This document shows, piece after piece, positions 21,203 through 31,190 of a DNA stretch of 64,000 nt; positions within the stretch are counted from its first letter, which is position 1; each line of letters opens with the position of its first letter. The notes beneath the pieces are model-generated. The model worked only from the letters and a program-made list of their open reading frames with translations. It ran no database searches and was not told the DNA's origin. Source of the DNA: an uncultured Chloroflexia bacterium (GTDB taxonomy: Bacteria > Chloroflexota > Anaerolineae > Anaerolineales > UBA4823); the NCBI GenBank assembly GCA_963743215.1, contig CAVUOY010000010.1:72225-136224 (forward strand). The letters are read 5' to 3'. The position numbers and the translations under genes are program-made.

Positions 21203-22366
21203 ATGCGTATCATGATGTTCAGCCACGGCTACCTGCCCACGCTTAGTGGAGTGACGCTTGTCGTCCAAAAGATCGCGCGAGCCATGGTGCGGCGTGGACA
21301 CGAAGTAATGGTCGTCACTGCCAGCGAGAAGCACCTGCCTTACAAGTCTGAAGATCAGGGTGTACGGCTGGAAAGAGTGTTTGGTATACCCAACCCGTTC
21401 TGGTGGGAAGGTCCAATCCCATTCATCAGTCCACCGGCTATCAGAAAGCTGGTCGATGGGTATAAGCCGGATATTATCCACATCCATGAAAATGCTTTAC
21501 TGAGCATCTTGTTGCTGATGGTGCACTGGGATAAACGCCCGGCATTTATCTCATCGTGTTATTCATTGCCTCGTTACCTCACCCAGTACCTGCATTTAGG
21601 TGGACTGGAAACCTGGTTCGAAGGAATCTTATGGAAGATTGCAATTGGCAACCTGAATAAGTTTGAGCATGTGGTCTTTTGCACCCGCACCCACGAGCGT
21701 GATTTCCTGGCGCATGGTTTGCTACCTCCGACCACAGTCATCTCCAATGGGGTAAATATCCACCGTTATCGCCCACAGATGGAACCCAGTGAGGATATTG
21801 AGAAGCGCTATCATCTACCACCAAGACCACGCATTTTATCTGTTGGGCGTTTGATGAAAGATAAAAAACTCGACATGCTGATCCAGGCGATGAGATGCGT
21901 ATGTGACCAACAGGAGGCACATTTGCTGGTTGTAGGCCGAGGCAGCGAACGCCAGCGCTTGAAAGCCATGATCCAAAAATTGAAGCTGGAGCCGTACATT
22001 CACTTGCTCGGATACGTGCCTGAACAAGACCTGCCCGCTCTTTACCGGGCGAGCGATCTCTTCGCAATTCCATCCCTGGTGGAAGTCCAAAGCTTGCCAG
22101 CCTTGCAAGCCGCAGTGACGGGTTTACCCATCGTGGCTGCTAATTCTGCCGCGCTGCCGGAGCTGGTACGGCATGGCGAAAATGGTTTGCTGGTGGATCC
22201 ATGCAATGGCAATGAATTAGGTACTGCCATTTCGACGATCCTTGGTGATCCGGATAAGGCGCGCAAGATGGGACAGGTATCGCTCGAAATTGGAAGAACT
22301 CACGATGAACAGCTCACCTTTCAGGCATACGAGGAGTTTTATAAGGGACTGGTGGGGGGAAGGTAG
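21203..22366 (+). CDS. GT4 glycosyltransferase (glycolipid synthase-like)
   Basis: YLPTLSGV, ISNGV, VGRLMKDK, PSLVEVQSL. Confidence 0.9.
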   Translation: MRIMMFSHGYLPTLSGVTLVVQKIARAMVRRGHEVMVVTASEKHLPYKSEDQGVRLERVFGIPNPFWWEGPIPFISPPAIRKLVDGYKPDIIHIHENALLSILLLMVHWDKRPAFISSCYSLPRYLTQYLHLGGLETWFEGILWKIAIGNLNKFEHVVFCTRTHERDFLAHGLLPPTTVISNGVNIHRYRPQMEPSEDIEKRYHLPPRPRILSVGRLMKDKKLDMLIQAMRCVCDQQEAHLLVVGRGSERQRLKAMIQKLKLEPYIHLLGYVPEQDLPALYRASDLFAIPSLVEVQSLPALQAAVTGLPIVAANSAALPELVRHGENGLLVDPCNGNELGTAISTILGDPDKARKMGQVSLEIGRTHDEQLTFQAYEEFYKGLVGGR

Positions 22367-22448
22367 CGGCTATCAGCTATCAGTTTTCAGCAACGATAAT
22401 TATCGCCATACGATCGATCCAATCATGCTTTGAACAATGATGGTTTGA

Positions 22449-23297
22449 TCATTTAAGCAAGTCCATCTGACGTCTGATCAGCCAATCGCGCAGGCGAATG
22501 GGTAGCAGTTTCGATAACAGCTCAAGTATCACAGCATCCTGACCCACTAAAATGTATGACTTTGGGTGTGCCTGATCCAGTAAATTCACAAAGACTTTCA
22601 CCACCTTTTCTACGCACATGCCGTTGCGACCGGTTTGCGTGTAAAAAACACCTGCACGTTTTTGTGCATTGCCATATAATTTCCAGGCTTCAGGTGGCAT
22701 GCGGTGAAGGATTTCAACCGCTTTGATCGAGCCTTTCTCCCAAATGGGTGTTTGAACACTACCTACAATCATTACCGAAATATATACGTGCCAGGGAGCC
22801 AGCTCCAGACGTAATGCATCTGCCACGGCGACCAAGGCAGCTTTGGAAGCTGCATATGGACCATTAAACGCTGTCACTAATCTGCCTGAAACGGAGCTGA
22901 CGAAGATGATCCTACCAAGTGAATTTCTGAGCATGGGTAAACAGGCTTGTGAGAGAGCTAATTGTCCACACAAGTTCACTTCCATCTGATAACGAAAATC
23001 CTGAAGGGGCATGAATTCCATTGCACCGCTATTGCTTATTCCGGCGTTATTGATCAGGCAGAAAAGCTCTCCACCATTCTTTTCGCTCACTTGCCTGATG
23101 GTATTGGAAATCATCTCTGACTGAGTGATATCAAGCATGACGGGTGTCAGCTGGGGTGAAGCCTGGCTGCGGAGGGCATCAGCATCGGTGTGGTTGCGCA
23201 CCCCGGCAAAGACCTGGTATCCTCGCCGATCGAGCTCCAAGCTGAGGGCTTTGCCAATCCCGCTGGAGGCGCCACTAATGAGTACTGATTTTGCCAT
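22449..23297 (-). CDS. SDR oxidoreductase
   Basis: SGASSGIG, NNAG, YAASK. Confidence 0.93.
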   Translation of the reverse strand: MAKSVLISGASSGIGKALSLELDRRGYQVFAGVRNHTDADALRSQASPQLTPVMLDITQSEMISNTIRQVSEKNGGELFCLINNAGISNSGAMEFMPLQDFRYQMEVNLCGQLALSQACLPMLRNSLGRIIFVSSVSGRLVTAFNGPYAASKAALVAVADALRLELAPWHVYISVMIVGSVQTPIWEKGSIKAVEILHRMPPEAWKLYGNAQKRAGVFYTQTGRNGMCVEKVVKVFVNLLDQAHPKSYILVGQDAVILELLSKLLPIRLRDWLIRRQMDLLK

Positions 23298-23641
23298 GGA
23301 TTCTCCGTTCAGGTGATAGGTCATAATTCGGAATATTTTATTCTTAGTATTTTAGCTCAGACAGGCAGATCATGCAAAGAAGAGCGAGGGAAAGCATTAA
23401 ATACAAAGGTCATTCCTGAACCTCAAGATCTACCCTGGCGATAACCCCAGGCAATTGCTGAATCGATAGCGGTAAGTTTCACTTCTGTCTATGGGCATAG
23501 GATTAGATAAATCCGTGTAGATGGACACTGGTTGCCTCCAAAAAAGGTCCCAGATAAGCTCTATCCGTGAGATAATTTAAAAGGATTTATAATGTCGGTT
23601 CCTTAATTGATGGTTAGCACAGGGAACCAAAAAAAGGAGAC

Positions 23642-24313
23642 ATGCATATGATCCTTGATCCCACTTCACTGATGAAGACACTAGATAATATCAACGAACA
23701 GCTCCTGTTTGGCGAATCGATCCCAACTCAAGAAGGGCTGGAGGTAGCTCGGTGGATTGCCGCACAGCAGGGTAAAAAAGGTCATTACCGCGATATGTTC
23801 GCCCCCACATCATCTGACTTTGAGCAAGGGATGCGTTTGTTTACCGGTGAAAGACTGGTTTGTGCCAGTGCCAGGCACATCATGGGGCAGGAAGCCGCAC
23901 GTGCAGCCTGGCTCCTGGGTAATGTGAATCCCGAAGTGCGGGATGGTTATCAACGTGCAACTAGCTGGATGAATGAAGAACCAGGTTTTCAACAATCTGG
24001 AACTTATTGCTGTGGACGTTGCACGTTGGCATATTGGAGGCATACCTGGGTGGGAGATTTTATAAACAAGGAAACCCATATTGCGATGGGATTAAAAGTA
24101 ATGAACGACAGTCGCACTCGTGACGGTGAATGGCACAGATTCCCCTTCTTTTATGGTGTGTATGCCTTACTTGATCTTGAACTGGAGGCAGCATATTCAG
24201 AACTCAAGTATGCACGTCCTGCAATAGAGAAGCATCTGAAGCATATCAGGGGGAGTACCTATTCGAAACGCCGAGTCGCTATTTTTGAAAAGGCACTTCA
24301 AAAGATCACTTAA
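23642..24313 (+). CDS. Conserved-looking hypothetical protein with CCGRC motif
   Basis: RBS AAGGAG; 223 aa helical-looking ORF. Confidence 0.75.
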   Translation: MHMILDPTSLMKTLDNINEQLLFGESIPTQEGLEVARWIAAQQGKKGHYRDMFAPTSSDFEQGMRLFTGERLVCASARHIMGQEAARAAWLLGNVNPEVRDGYQRATSWMNEEPGFQQSGTYCCGRCTLAYWRHTWVGDFINKETHIAMGLKVMNDSRTRDGEWHRFPFFYGVYALLDLELEAAYSELKYARPAIEKHLKHIRGSTYSKRRVAIFEKALQKIT

Positions 24314-24437
24314 CTTATATCGAATCGGATGATAACATGACCAAGGTGCAGTAAAGCCGGAACAACAATGGATAGAAGGATCATCAACCAAGCAATTCAC
24401 ATGAATGCAATGCTTGCGATTTGAATAAGGATTTTAT

Positions 24438-24824
24438 ATGATCCATCGACCAAAATCCGTGATTGCTAGCTATGTTTTCATCCTGCTGAATGCACTCGTA
24501 TGGCTCGTGCTAGGCATTATCATCGCAGTGAATGCCCACCCAGCCCTTCCAGGCACACCAGAGATACGATGGACTTTCGCAGGTCTTTCGTTAACGATGG
24601 CACTAATAATCCTGGTCCTATTTATCTTTCTGTTTCGCAGGAACCGGATGGCATATTACTTCATCCTGGCACTATTCGTATTCACGGCGTTACTTACCAT
24701 CTTCGACGATGTGGGCTGGTCCGATTTGGTGGTCCTGGCTTTGAATATCATCCCCATCATCCTACTGATCATTGACAGGGCCTGGCATCTCCAAACCAAG
24801 CCAAAAATGGATGAAAGCGTTTAG
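24438..24824 (+). CDS. Small four-TM membrane protein
   Basis: Hydrophobic helices; RBS AAGGA. Confidence 0.75.
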   Translation: MIHRPKSVIASYVFILLNALVWLVLGIIIAVNAHPALPGTPEIRWTFAGLSLTMALIILVLFIFLFRRNRMAYYFILALFVFTALLTIFDDVGWSDLVVLALNIIPIILLIIDRAWHLQTKPKMDESV

Positions 24825-24854
24825 TTTCATCTTTTTGATCAACCAGTGATTAAT

Positions 24855-25685
24855 ATGCTCAACAACAACCAAGTTTCACTTCAAAACATACCTGAAGTAT
24901 CTGAAAGCCTGTTATTACCATTGTTTATCCGCTCCCTAGAAACACAACGACCGGATGCATTGATCAAGGACGAATGGGCAGTTGAACTTACCCGGAAGCT
25001 GAAGCTAGAAGTCGCCTTTTTCGAGCGTGCTCAATTGGCAACGGAAGTTCAGGTCTCGATCCTTTTACGTAACCGGCAGTTTGACCGCATCGCCCGTGAT
25101 TACCTCGCCAGTCATCCTGATGCTGGGGTGGTTTACCTGGGTTGTGGACTGGATGCACGCTTTGAGCGTGTGGATAATGGTCAGGTAGCCTGGTATGACC
25201 TGGATCTGCCAGAGGTGATCAGTCTTCGGCGAAAGCTAATGGGTGGAGAATCCTGCCGATATCAGTTCCTGGCGTGTTCGGTGCTTGACCAGGCGTGGAT
25301 GGACGTGATTGCAGAAAACCTGCCTCGTCCATTTTTATTCCTGGCGGAAGGGTTGTTCATGTTTTTCGAAGCCAGGCAGGTCAAAGAGCTAGTCCTGGCA
25401 TTGAAGGACCGCTTCCCAGGTTCAGAGCTGGCTTTCGATGCTTTTTCCCCGTTTTACGTTTGGGGGAACAACCGCAGGGTCGTGCGTACCAAAGTTGGTG
25501 CCCTTGCTCATTGGGCGCTTAAAAACGGGCGGGAACTTGAAAGCTGGGGGGAAGGTATTCGACTGTTGAAAGAGTGGTACCCGTTCCTGTGCCCGGAACC
25601 ACGCCTGGCACACATTCGCTGGGTGCGGTATCTTCCACTGCTTTCCAAGACCACTGGAATATTCCATTACCAGCTTGGGAAGTAG
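24855..25685 (+). CDS. Class I SAM methyltransferase (LCM/TcmP-like)
   Basis: LGCGLDAR, WYDLDLPEVI, AEGLFMF. Confidence 0.9.
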   Translation: MLNNNQVSLQNIPEVSESLLLPLFIRSLETQRPDALIKDEWAVELTRKLKLEVAFFERAQLATEVQVSILLRNRQFDRIARDYLASHPDAGVVYLGCGLDARFERVDNGQVAWYDLDLPEVISLRRKLMGGESCRYQFLACSVLDQAWMDVIAENLPRPFLFLAEGLFMFFEARQVKELVLALKDRFPGSELAFDAFSPFYVWGNNRRVVRTKVGALAHWALKNGRELESWGEGIRLLKEWYPFLCPEPRLAHIRWVRYLPLLSKTTGIFHYQLGK

Positions 25686-25692
25686 ATGGATT

Positions 25693-25910
25693 GTTGGGTT
25701 TCGGGGTCGATTATGGAGATGAATATTCCAGACACTAACCCCTCAAACCACCCTTCGAAGGACATTGAAAGCGTTGGGTTTCGGGGAAAGTTATACTGAT
25801 GATCATTCTGTTACACATCCCCTCAACCCAACCTACAAATTATCGGAAGTGTTGGGTTTAGGGGTCGATTCTGGAGATGAATTCTTATCACACCCGCCCT
25901 CAGGCCAACC
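25693..25910. repeat. Three tandem REP-like palindromic units (about 79-bp period)
   Basis: GTTGGGTTT(C/A)GGGG...CCCTCA..C(C)AAC units starting at 25693, 25773 and 25851 between convergent genes. Confidence 0.8.
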
Positions 25911-25924
25911 AACAATATGGCGCT

Positions 25925-26698
25925 TTACCCACCTAGCTGAGATGGCTCGACGAAACTGCCCATAATCACCAGATAGACTACCAATCCAATCACCAAGCAA
26001 GGTAGCTCCACCGTGACGAATGCGGTGATTGGACCAGATTTAACGAACTTACCTACCGATAAGCCACTCTTGCGCCAGGTCCATATCCAGGTGGCACCCA
26101 GAATAATGATGGCCAGGGGCACCAGCCAAACTTTTTGCCCCTCAATAAACACGATGGCCTCCCACAGCCCATACAGCAGCCCCACCACCAGACCACCTAC
26201 CCATAAACGCTTTACCACCTCATGCTTAACCAAGTAACTGGTCTCCAACACAAGCAAACACGCCAACAGACCATAACGGGAGAGATAGAGTATCACATGG
26301 GAGAGAGTCTCATCCATGAAATAGATCAGCGCGTACAGGTCTTGCGGGATGAGAGCCTTATAATCGCGGATTTCTGTTCCAAACACGTTGGTTGTGTTGG
26401 CTGTGAAGTGCATCACATGACCAATAAAGAACAGAATTGTCAGGGTGGCAAATATGCGCCGTAATCCTGGTGAAGCCTGGGTCTGCCAGAACAGCTCGAA
26501 GAATAGCACCAGACTGATGATATAGAATGCAGAATTGACCAATATTTCGACCAGGTCGGCAAAACGGAAATACCAGATCAAGTGCGTTTTAAATGCCTCG
26601 CCAATCAGAGTGGCGATGGTGTTGGCGAGAGTGAACAGGATCAATAACCATAATGTGGTTTTAGGCCAGTTTTGGGGCAGTGAATTTGCGATTTTCAT
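25925..26698 (-). CDS. Multi-pass membrane protein, probable bacterial CLN6-family homolog
   Basis: G-x3-H-x3-N-T-x-N, YxxDExLSH, EGQ and terminal EP motifs in the same order as in human CLN6 (reference recalled from memory). Confidence 0.7.
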   Translation of the reverse strand: MKIANSLPQNWPKTTLWLLILFTLANTIATLIGEAFKTHLIWYFRFADLVEILVNSAFYIISLVLFFELFWQTQASPGLRRIFATLTILFFIGHVMHFTANTTNVFGTEIRDYKALIPQDLYALIYFMDETLSHVILYLSRYGLLACLLVLETSYLVKHEVVKRLWVGGLVVGLLYGLWEAIVFIEGQKVWLVPLAIIILGATWIWTWRKSGLSVGKFVKSGPITAFVTVELPCLVIGLVVYLVIMGSFVEPSQLGG

Positions 26699-26834
26699 TG
26701 CAAAGCTCTTTTAGGACAGTCAATAATTCGGTAATTCTTTAATAATATCGAGTATTTCTCCACTCTTTTATTGTTATGCCTTCAACTTGATGAAGTGTGA
26801 TATCCTGTAACTCCACATAACTGAGTAACCCAGA

Positions 26835-26885
26835 AATAAAAAAAACAACCCGTGATGAGAGGTTCTTTCTCTTCTACAGGTTGCG
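26835..26885 (-). terminator. Intrinsic terminator inside the 5' leader of the CLN6-like gene
   Basis: Minus strand CAACCTGT-AGAAGAG...CTCTCATC-ACGGGTTG followed by TTTTTTTT. Confidence 0.65.
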
Positions 26886-26977
26886 TAGTAAACCATTTTG
26901 ATCCCATTCCATCCACCCCAGATTAAGCATTACTTATATAATATGATAATTTACCCGAGAAATTCTGGGATATTTTC

Positions 26978-27005
26978 ATTATAGAGTAATTACACCTTTT
27001 GTCAA
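26978..27005 (-). promoter_or_regulatory. Consensus sigma70 promoter TTGACA-N16-TATAAT
   Basis: Both hexamers match consensus perfectly on the minus strand. Confidence 0.75.
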
Positions 27006-27236
27006 CAAGAGGTCATTGAATCGACTATGTTAATAGACAAATATTAAAAGGAAGGGAGATTCACCGCAGCGAGAAATCTGGCATATAAAGGCATCCCAAA
27101 CAAGGAAAAATCCAATAATTATCAAGATCTAATCCTGACAGGTAACCTCCAGGTTGTATAATCGATGCCATTGGAAAATTACCCGGTGACTTGGAACTGA
27201 GGGAATAAATAAACATATACGTAAACATAAAATATC

Positions 27237-28370
27237 ATGAACCAACCTGATATCGCCCTCATTCGACTTGCCAGTCATGGACTAACTGGAACAAAATTCA
27301 ATTCTCCGAAGGAAATTGTTTCCTGGATGGGGGCAATACAAGCGCAGGACTTCCCCATGGCAAAGTGGGCTATCGGTGTGCGCTTGCCATATGCAACCGA
27401 TCAAAGTGTTGAAACAGCAATTGCCAATGCAGAGATCATCCGCACCCACGTGCTGCGACCTACCTGGCATTTTGTGGCTGCAGAGGACATTTATTGGATG
27501 CTCGACCTATGCGTGGCACAGCTGAAAGCCAGTCAAAGCTCACGTGACCGACAATTAGAGTTGACCGAAGCCATTTATACCAAGAGCAATCAAATTATCG
27601 AAAAAGCTTTATGCAATGGCGAGCACCTTATTCGGGAGGAGTTAGTCGCTGAGCTGAATAATGGCGGCATAGCTACCGATGAAAACCGGGCTGCACACTT
27701 GTTTGTACGGGCTGAGATTGAGAAAATTCTCTGCAGTGGAGCTACTCGTAATGGGAAAACCACTTATGCTCTGCTGGCCGAAAGAGTGCCAAAAGGAAGG
27801 CTACTTTCCAGGGAAGAAGCCGTAGCCGAGCTTGCCAGGCGTTATTTCACCAGCCGCTGCCCAGCCCAATTGCAGGATTTTACTTGGTGGTCAGGATTGA
27901 ATACCAGGGACGCCAAGCTGGGATTGGAACAAGTGAAATCAGCGTTCATGCCTGAAGTAATAGAAGGAAACACCTATTGGCTAACACCTGACTTCACCAT
28001 CCCTCGATTAACACAACCACTTGCCTACTTATTGCCCACTTATGATGAATTGATCATCAGTTATACCGATCGAAGTGCTTCCATCCCGTCAGACCTGGAA
28101 CAGCATTTGAAAAAAATTTCTGATCGAGGGGTATTCCGACCCATCATCGTGGTCGATGGTAAGGTAACGGGGATATGGAAACGGGAAATTCAGCAAGACA
28201 ACATGTTAATAGAAATCCAGCTTTTTACAGCCACTGATCAGCTCACTAAGAACCTGATCACCCAGGCAGCCATCCGCTTTGGGCACTTTTCGGGTGAGAA
28301 ACCAGTAGTAGTAACCGATAATTTATCATCGATCAAGTTAAATTCAAATGCTGCACAAGAAATCGGATAA
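27237..28370 (+). CDS. AlkZ/YcaQ (HTH_42) family DNA glycosylase
   Basis: GAIQAQD (QxQ), RPTWHFV, DFTWWSGL, LLPTYDE, DGKVTGIW. Confidence 0.88.
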   Translation: MNQPDIALIRLASHGLTGTKFNSPKEIVSWMGAIQAQDFPMAKWAIGVRLPYATDQSVETAIANAEIIRTHVLRPTWHFVAAEDIYWMLDLCVAQLKASQSSRDRQLELTEAIYTKSNQIIEKALCNGEHLIREELVAELNNGGIATDENRAAHLFVRAEIEKILCSGATRNGKTTYALLAERVPKGRLLSREEAVAELARRYFTSRCPAQLQDFTWWSGLNTRDAKLGLEQVKSAFMPEVIEGNTYWLTPDFTIPRLTQPLAYLLPTYDELIISYTDRSASIPSDLEQHLKKISDRGVFRPIIVVDGKVTGIWKREIQQDNMLIEIQLFTATDQLTKNLITQAAIRFGHFSGEKPVVVTDNLSSIKLNSNAAQEIG

Positions 28371-28415
28371 AATGGAGACCTGAAATCCAATTAGAGGGAA
28401 AACACGAATACACTT

Positions 28416-29084
28416 ATGATCCAACAAATCACCCCCATCCTTTTACCACTTCCGCTTAAATTGAGCGATGTAAACAGCTACCTGATAAAGACCGACGATG
28501 GATTTTTCCTAATCGACACGGGTATGACCAATGCCAGACGCCAGCTGGAAATATCCCTCGAACACTTATGCTGCCAACCGGGCGAACTAAAGCTGATCCT
28601 GCTCACGCATGGGGATTTTGACCATACTGGAAATGCAGCCTATATTCGAGGAAAATTCGACACCCGCATTGTGATGCATGCAGGCGATGCAGGTATGCTC
28701 GAAAATGGGGATATGTTCTGGAACCGAAAGATCAAGAGCTCAATTCTTAAATCAATATTGCCACTTTTTATCCGCTTTGGTAAAGATGAACAATGTACCC
28801 CAGACTTACTTTTACCTGATGGCGCTTCTCTGGCTGAATATGGCCTGGAGGCGCAAATCTTGAATACCCCTGGGCACTCGAGCGGCTCCATTTGCATTCT
28901 GACCACTGCCGGGGACCTGTTCTGTGGAGATCTGCTCTCAAACTCCACGGGCAAACCGATGCTCAATTCGATGATGTATGACAAACCAGCAGGTGATGCC
29001 AGCTTTGCGCGGCTGAAGAATTTCCCTATAAAGATGGTCTACCCAGGACACGGCAAACCATTCCGGTGGGAAGAGCTCGATTAA
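28416..29084 (+). CDS. Metallo-beta-lactamase fold hydrolase
   Basis: THGDFDHTG, TPGHS, GD, YPGHG. Confidence 0.92.
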   Translation: MIQQITPILLPLPLKLSDVNSYLIKTDDGFFLIDTGMTNARRQLEISLEHLCCQPGELKLILLTHGDFDHTGNAAYIRGKFDTRIVMHAGDAGMLENGDMFWNRKIKSSILKSILPLFIRFGKDEQCTPDLLLPDGASLAEYGLEAQILNTPGHSSGSICILTTAGDLFCGDLLSNSTGKPMLNSMMYDKPAGDASFARLKNFPIKMVYPGHGKPFRWEELD

Positions 29085-29213
29085 GAGCAATATTCACTAA
29101 AAGAGTTAACCATTTATGGGTACGGAAGACCTACCTGCGTCTTCATATAAATTGTTGATTAAAATCGACCATATAAGTTGGTGGTTCATAACCAAATATC
29201 AAAACAATAAATT

Positions 29214-29248
29214 CAGGTGGATGTGTAGCAACGTTACGCCTCCACCTG
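29214..29248. repeat. Intergenic palindrome
   Basis: CAGGTGGA...TCCACCTG stem between convergent ORFs. Confidence 0.5.
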
Positions 29249-29257
29249 GAAAATGAT

Positions 29258-29428
29258 CTACTGCCCGGAGAGCTGACAGTTCTGCCCGTCCCATTCCTTT
29301 ATCCCTTGTTCGTCGCCCACATGGATGATGTCTTTGCCCCTTACAGCGACGGCTTGTGCGACCGGTTTATCTTGATCTGCGGTGAAGACGTGTGCGTCAG
29401 TGATGATGATGTCAGCATCGGCGGGCAT
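29258..29428 (-). pseudogene. N-terminal remnant of a YtcJ-like amidohydrolase
   Basis: RBS AGGAG; MPADADIIITDAHVFTAD...AQAVAVRGKDIIHVG, then stop after about 56 aa. Confidence 0.75.
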
Positions 29429-29764
29429 AGGCAGTCTCCTGTTATTCGAATTGGATGAAATATTGTAATATGGAATGATTAAAAGGCTGCCTGAGATCCA
29501 GGCTGGGTCGGGATCGACGTTGATATTATCATCCATAGCTATGCGTAGTTCTTGAAATTTCACCTGCAATGGACACGAAGAAGAAAAATCTTCCATTCTG
29601 AAAGATTAATTTGATTCTGATAGCTATTTCTGCTATATTGAATATCAAATCCATAAGTTCTTGTTCGCGTGAATAATCGAACTGAGGCAAAAATCCTCAA
29701 AGAGGGGAAGCCGAGCACACGGGAGTATTCAAATGGCGAAAAAATCTGTTAGAAAAAAATACTT

Positions 29765-29920
29765 ATGATTGACTTCAATGATGAAATATACAATACGGAG
29801 GGGATAAAAGGTATCTTGAAGCAGCTCACAAAACACCTATTATTTATGGTGATTGGCGTAGTGCTTCTAGCTATTCCCTGTTATCTTACTGGACTATTAA
29901 TACTAAGTTTTGGCGATTGA
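29765..29920 (+). CDS. Small membrane peptide (51 aa; true start may be 29733 if the A7 run lost a base)
   Basis: MIDFNDE...HLLFMVIGVVLLAIPCYLTGLLILSFGD; GGAG before ATG 29733. Confidence 0.4.
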   Translation: MIDFNDEIYNTEGIKGILKQLTKHLLFMVIGVVLLAIPCYLTGLLILSFGD

Positions 29921-30076
29921 ATCAAGATATAGCATTAAACTCCGACAAGCTTGACGAACCAATCTAAAATATATTTTTTCGTAAGTGATATCTCATTACT
30001 GATTGATATATACAGAGTAAACGAACGTACAGCTTGAAACCGAATGCATCAAGGATCGAATGAATTGAAAAACGAC

Positions 30077-30110
30077 ACTGCCTCAATTTCAAAATGAGGC
30101 AGTTTCTATT
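30077..30110. terminator. Hairpin terminator
   Basis: ACTGCCTCA...TGAGGCAGT followed by TTCTATT. Confidence 0.55.
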
Positions 30111-30242
30111 ATTAATAATCACGTATCTCGGACTGGTTCAGGGATTTAACGAGATCATCCTTCGAAATTAGAATTATCGTGTGGTAATAAATCTTCTATG
30201 ACCGCTTCAGGAGAAATCCCGAAAACTAAATTACTCAAGCCA

Positions 30243-30906
30243 TCATGTTCTTGCCGAAGATGCGATCAGGACGAAGGAAAAGATGCATGCGACAATCAGA
30301 AGCAGAACAAGCGTGGGGATGAAATAGGTTGCCACTGCCTGCCCGGTGCCGATATTTTCAACAGCCTTGATTGCATTGATATACAGCACAATACTATAAA
30401 TACCTAAGATCAAGTAAAAAATGATTATACAAATGGATACGATAAGGGAAAGAATTTGTATGTTGACAAATGCGAAGTTGATCAAACTGGCAATGGCAAC
30501 TACGATGGAGGCTGGTGCTGTGATGGCTGAGAAGCAAAACACAAGATCGCCCCATTTACCGTTCCCATGAAATATTTTTGCAATCAGATGAAAAATCCCA
30601 GCCAAAATCATCATCCCGATTATGGCGATAATTGGGGTAACTACCACTCCACAAACATAAAATAAGATGTCACTTCCTGATGGGTATTGTAGTAAAGTAC
30701 GAGTGGTTTGAAATGTGGCAATTTGGCCTATGATGCCCGTGATGAGTGATGCCACCCCAATCCAAATAAACCCACGCATGGCTTCATGGTCGCGTTCGTT
30801 CAAAATGGATTTAAAAGACGCATCGCTGGGATGTTTCCATACCTCAAGCCACAAGTTCATACCATTTCCGGTTGGTTGCGACTGGCACAGGAGGTAGTAT
30901 ATCCAT
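30243..30906 (-). CDS. Yip1-domain membrane protein, frameshifted near 30855
   Basis: HPSDASF, HLIAKIFHGNG, AIKAVENI; RBS GAGGAG and ATG 30906 lie in an adjacent frame. Confidence 0.8.
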
Positions 30907-31190
30907 TATTTCCTCTCCTCAGGAATGAATTTCATAAGTAGGAATGATGAATTATGATTAATGATCTATTAATATTATCTACCTTATAGAAGAAATAAAT
31001 TGTGTCAAGAACTAGGACATCTTCTAGATCATTCAATGTTAGGTGGTAAGAGCATTATTACTTGTATGGATTGATTTTTTCATACTTATCGACCCGACAG
31101 ATTCGTAATTACGACCCAAAACAATAATAATAATTACGTACATCGGCTGGTAAAGATAGATGTCCAATGCGCTATAATTGAACTATCCTG

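Noticed and set aside
25693-25910. CRISPR array
   Set aside because: Units are degenerate long palindromes with related interiors; only three copies and no cas genes.
26910-26935. c-di-AMP (ydaO) riboswitch, suggested by GCUUAAUCUG
   Set aside because: The remaining conserved ydaO elements are absent.
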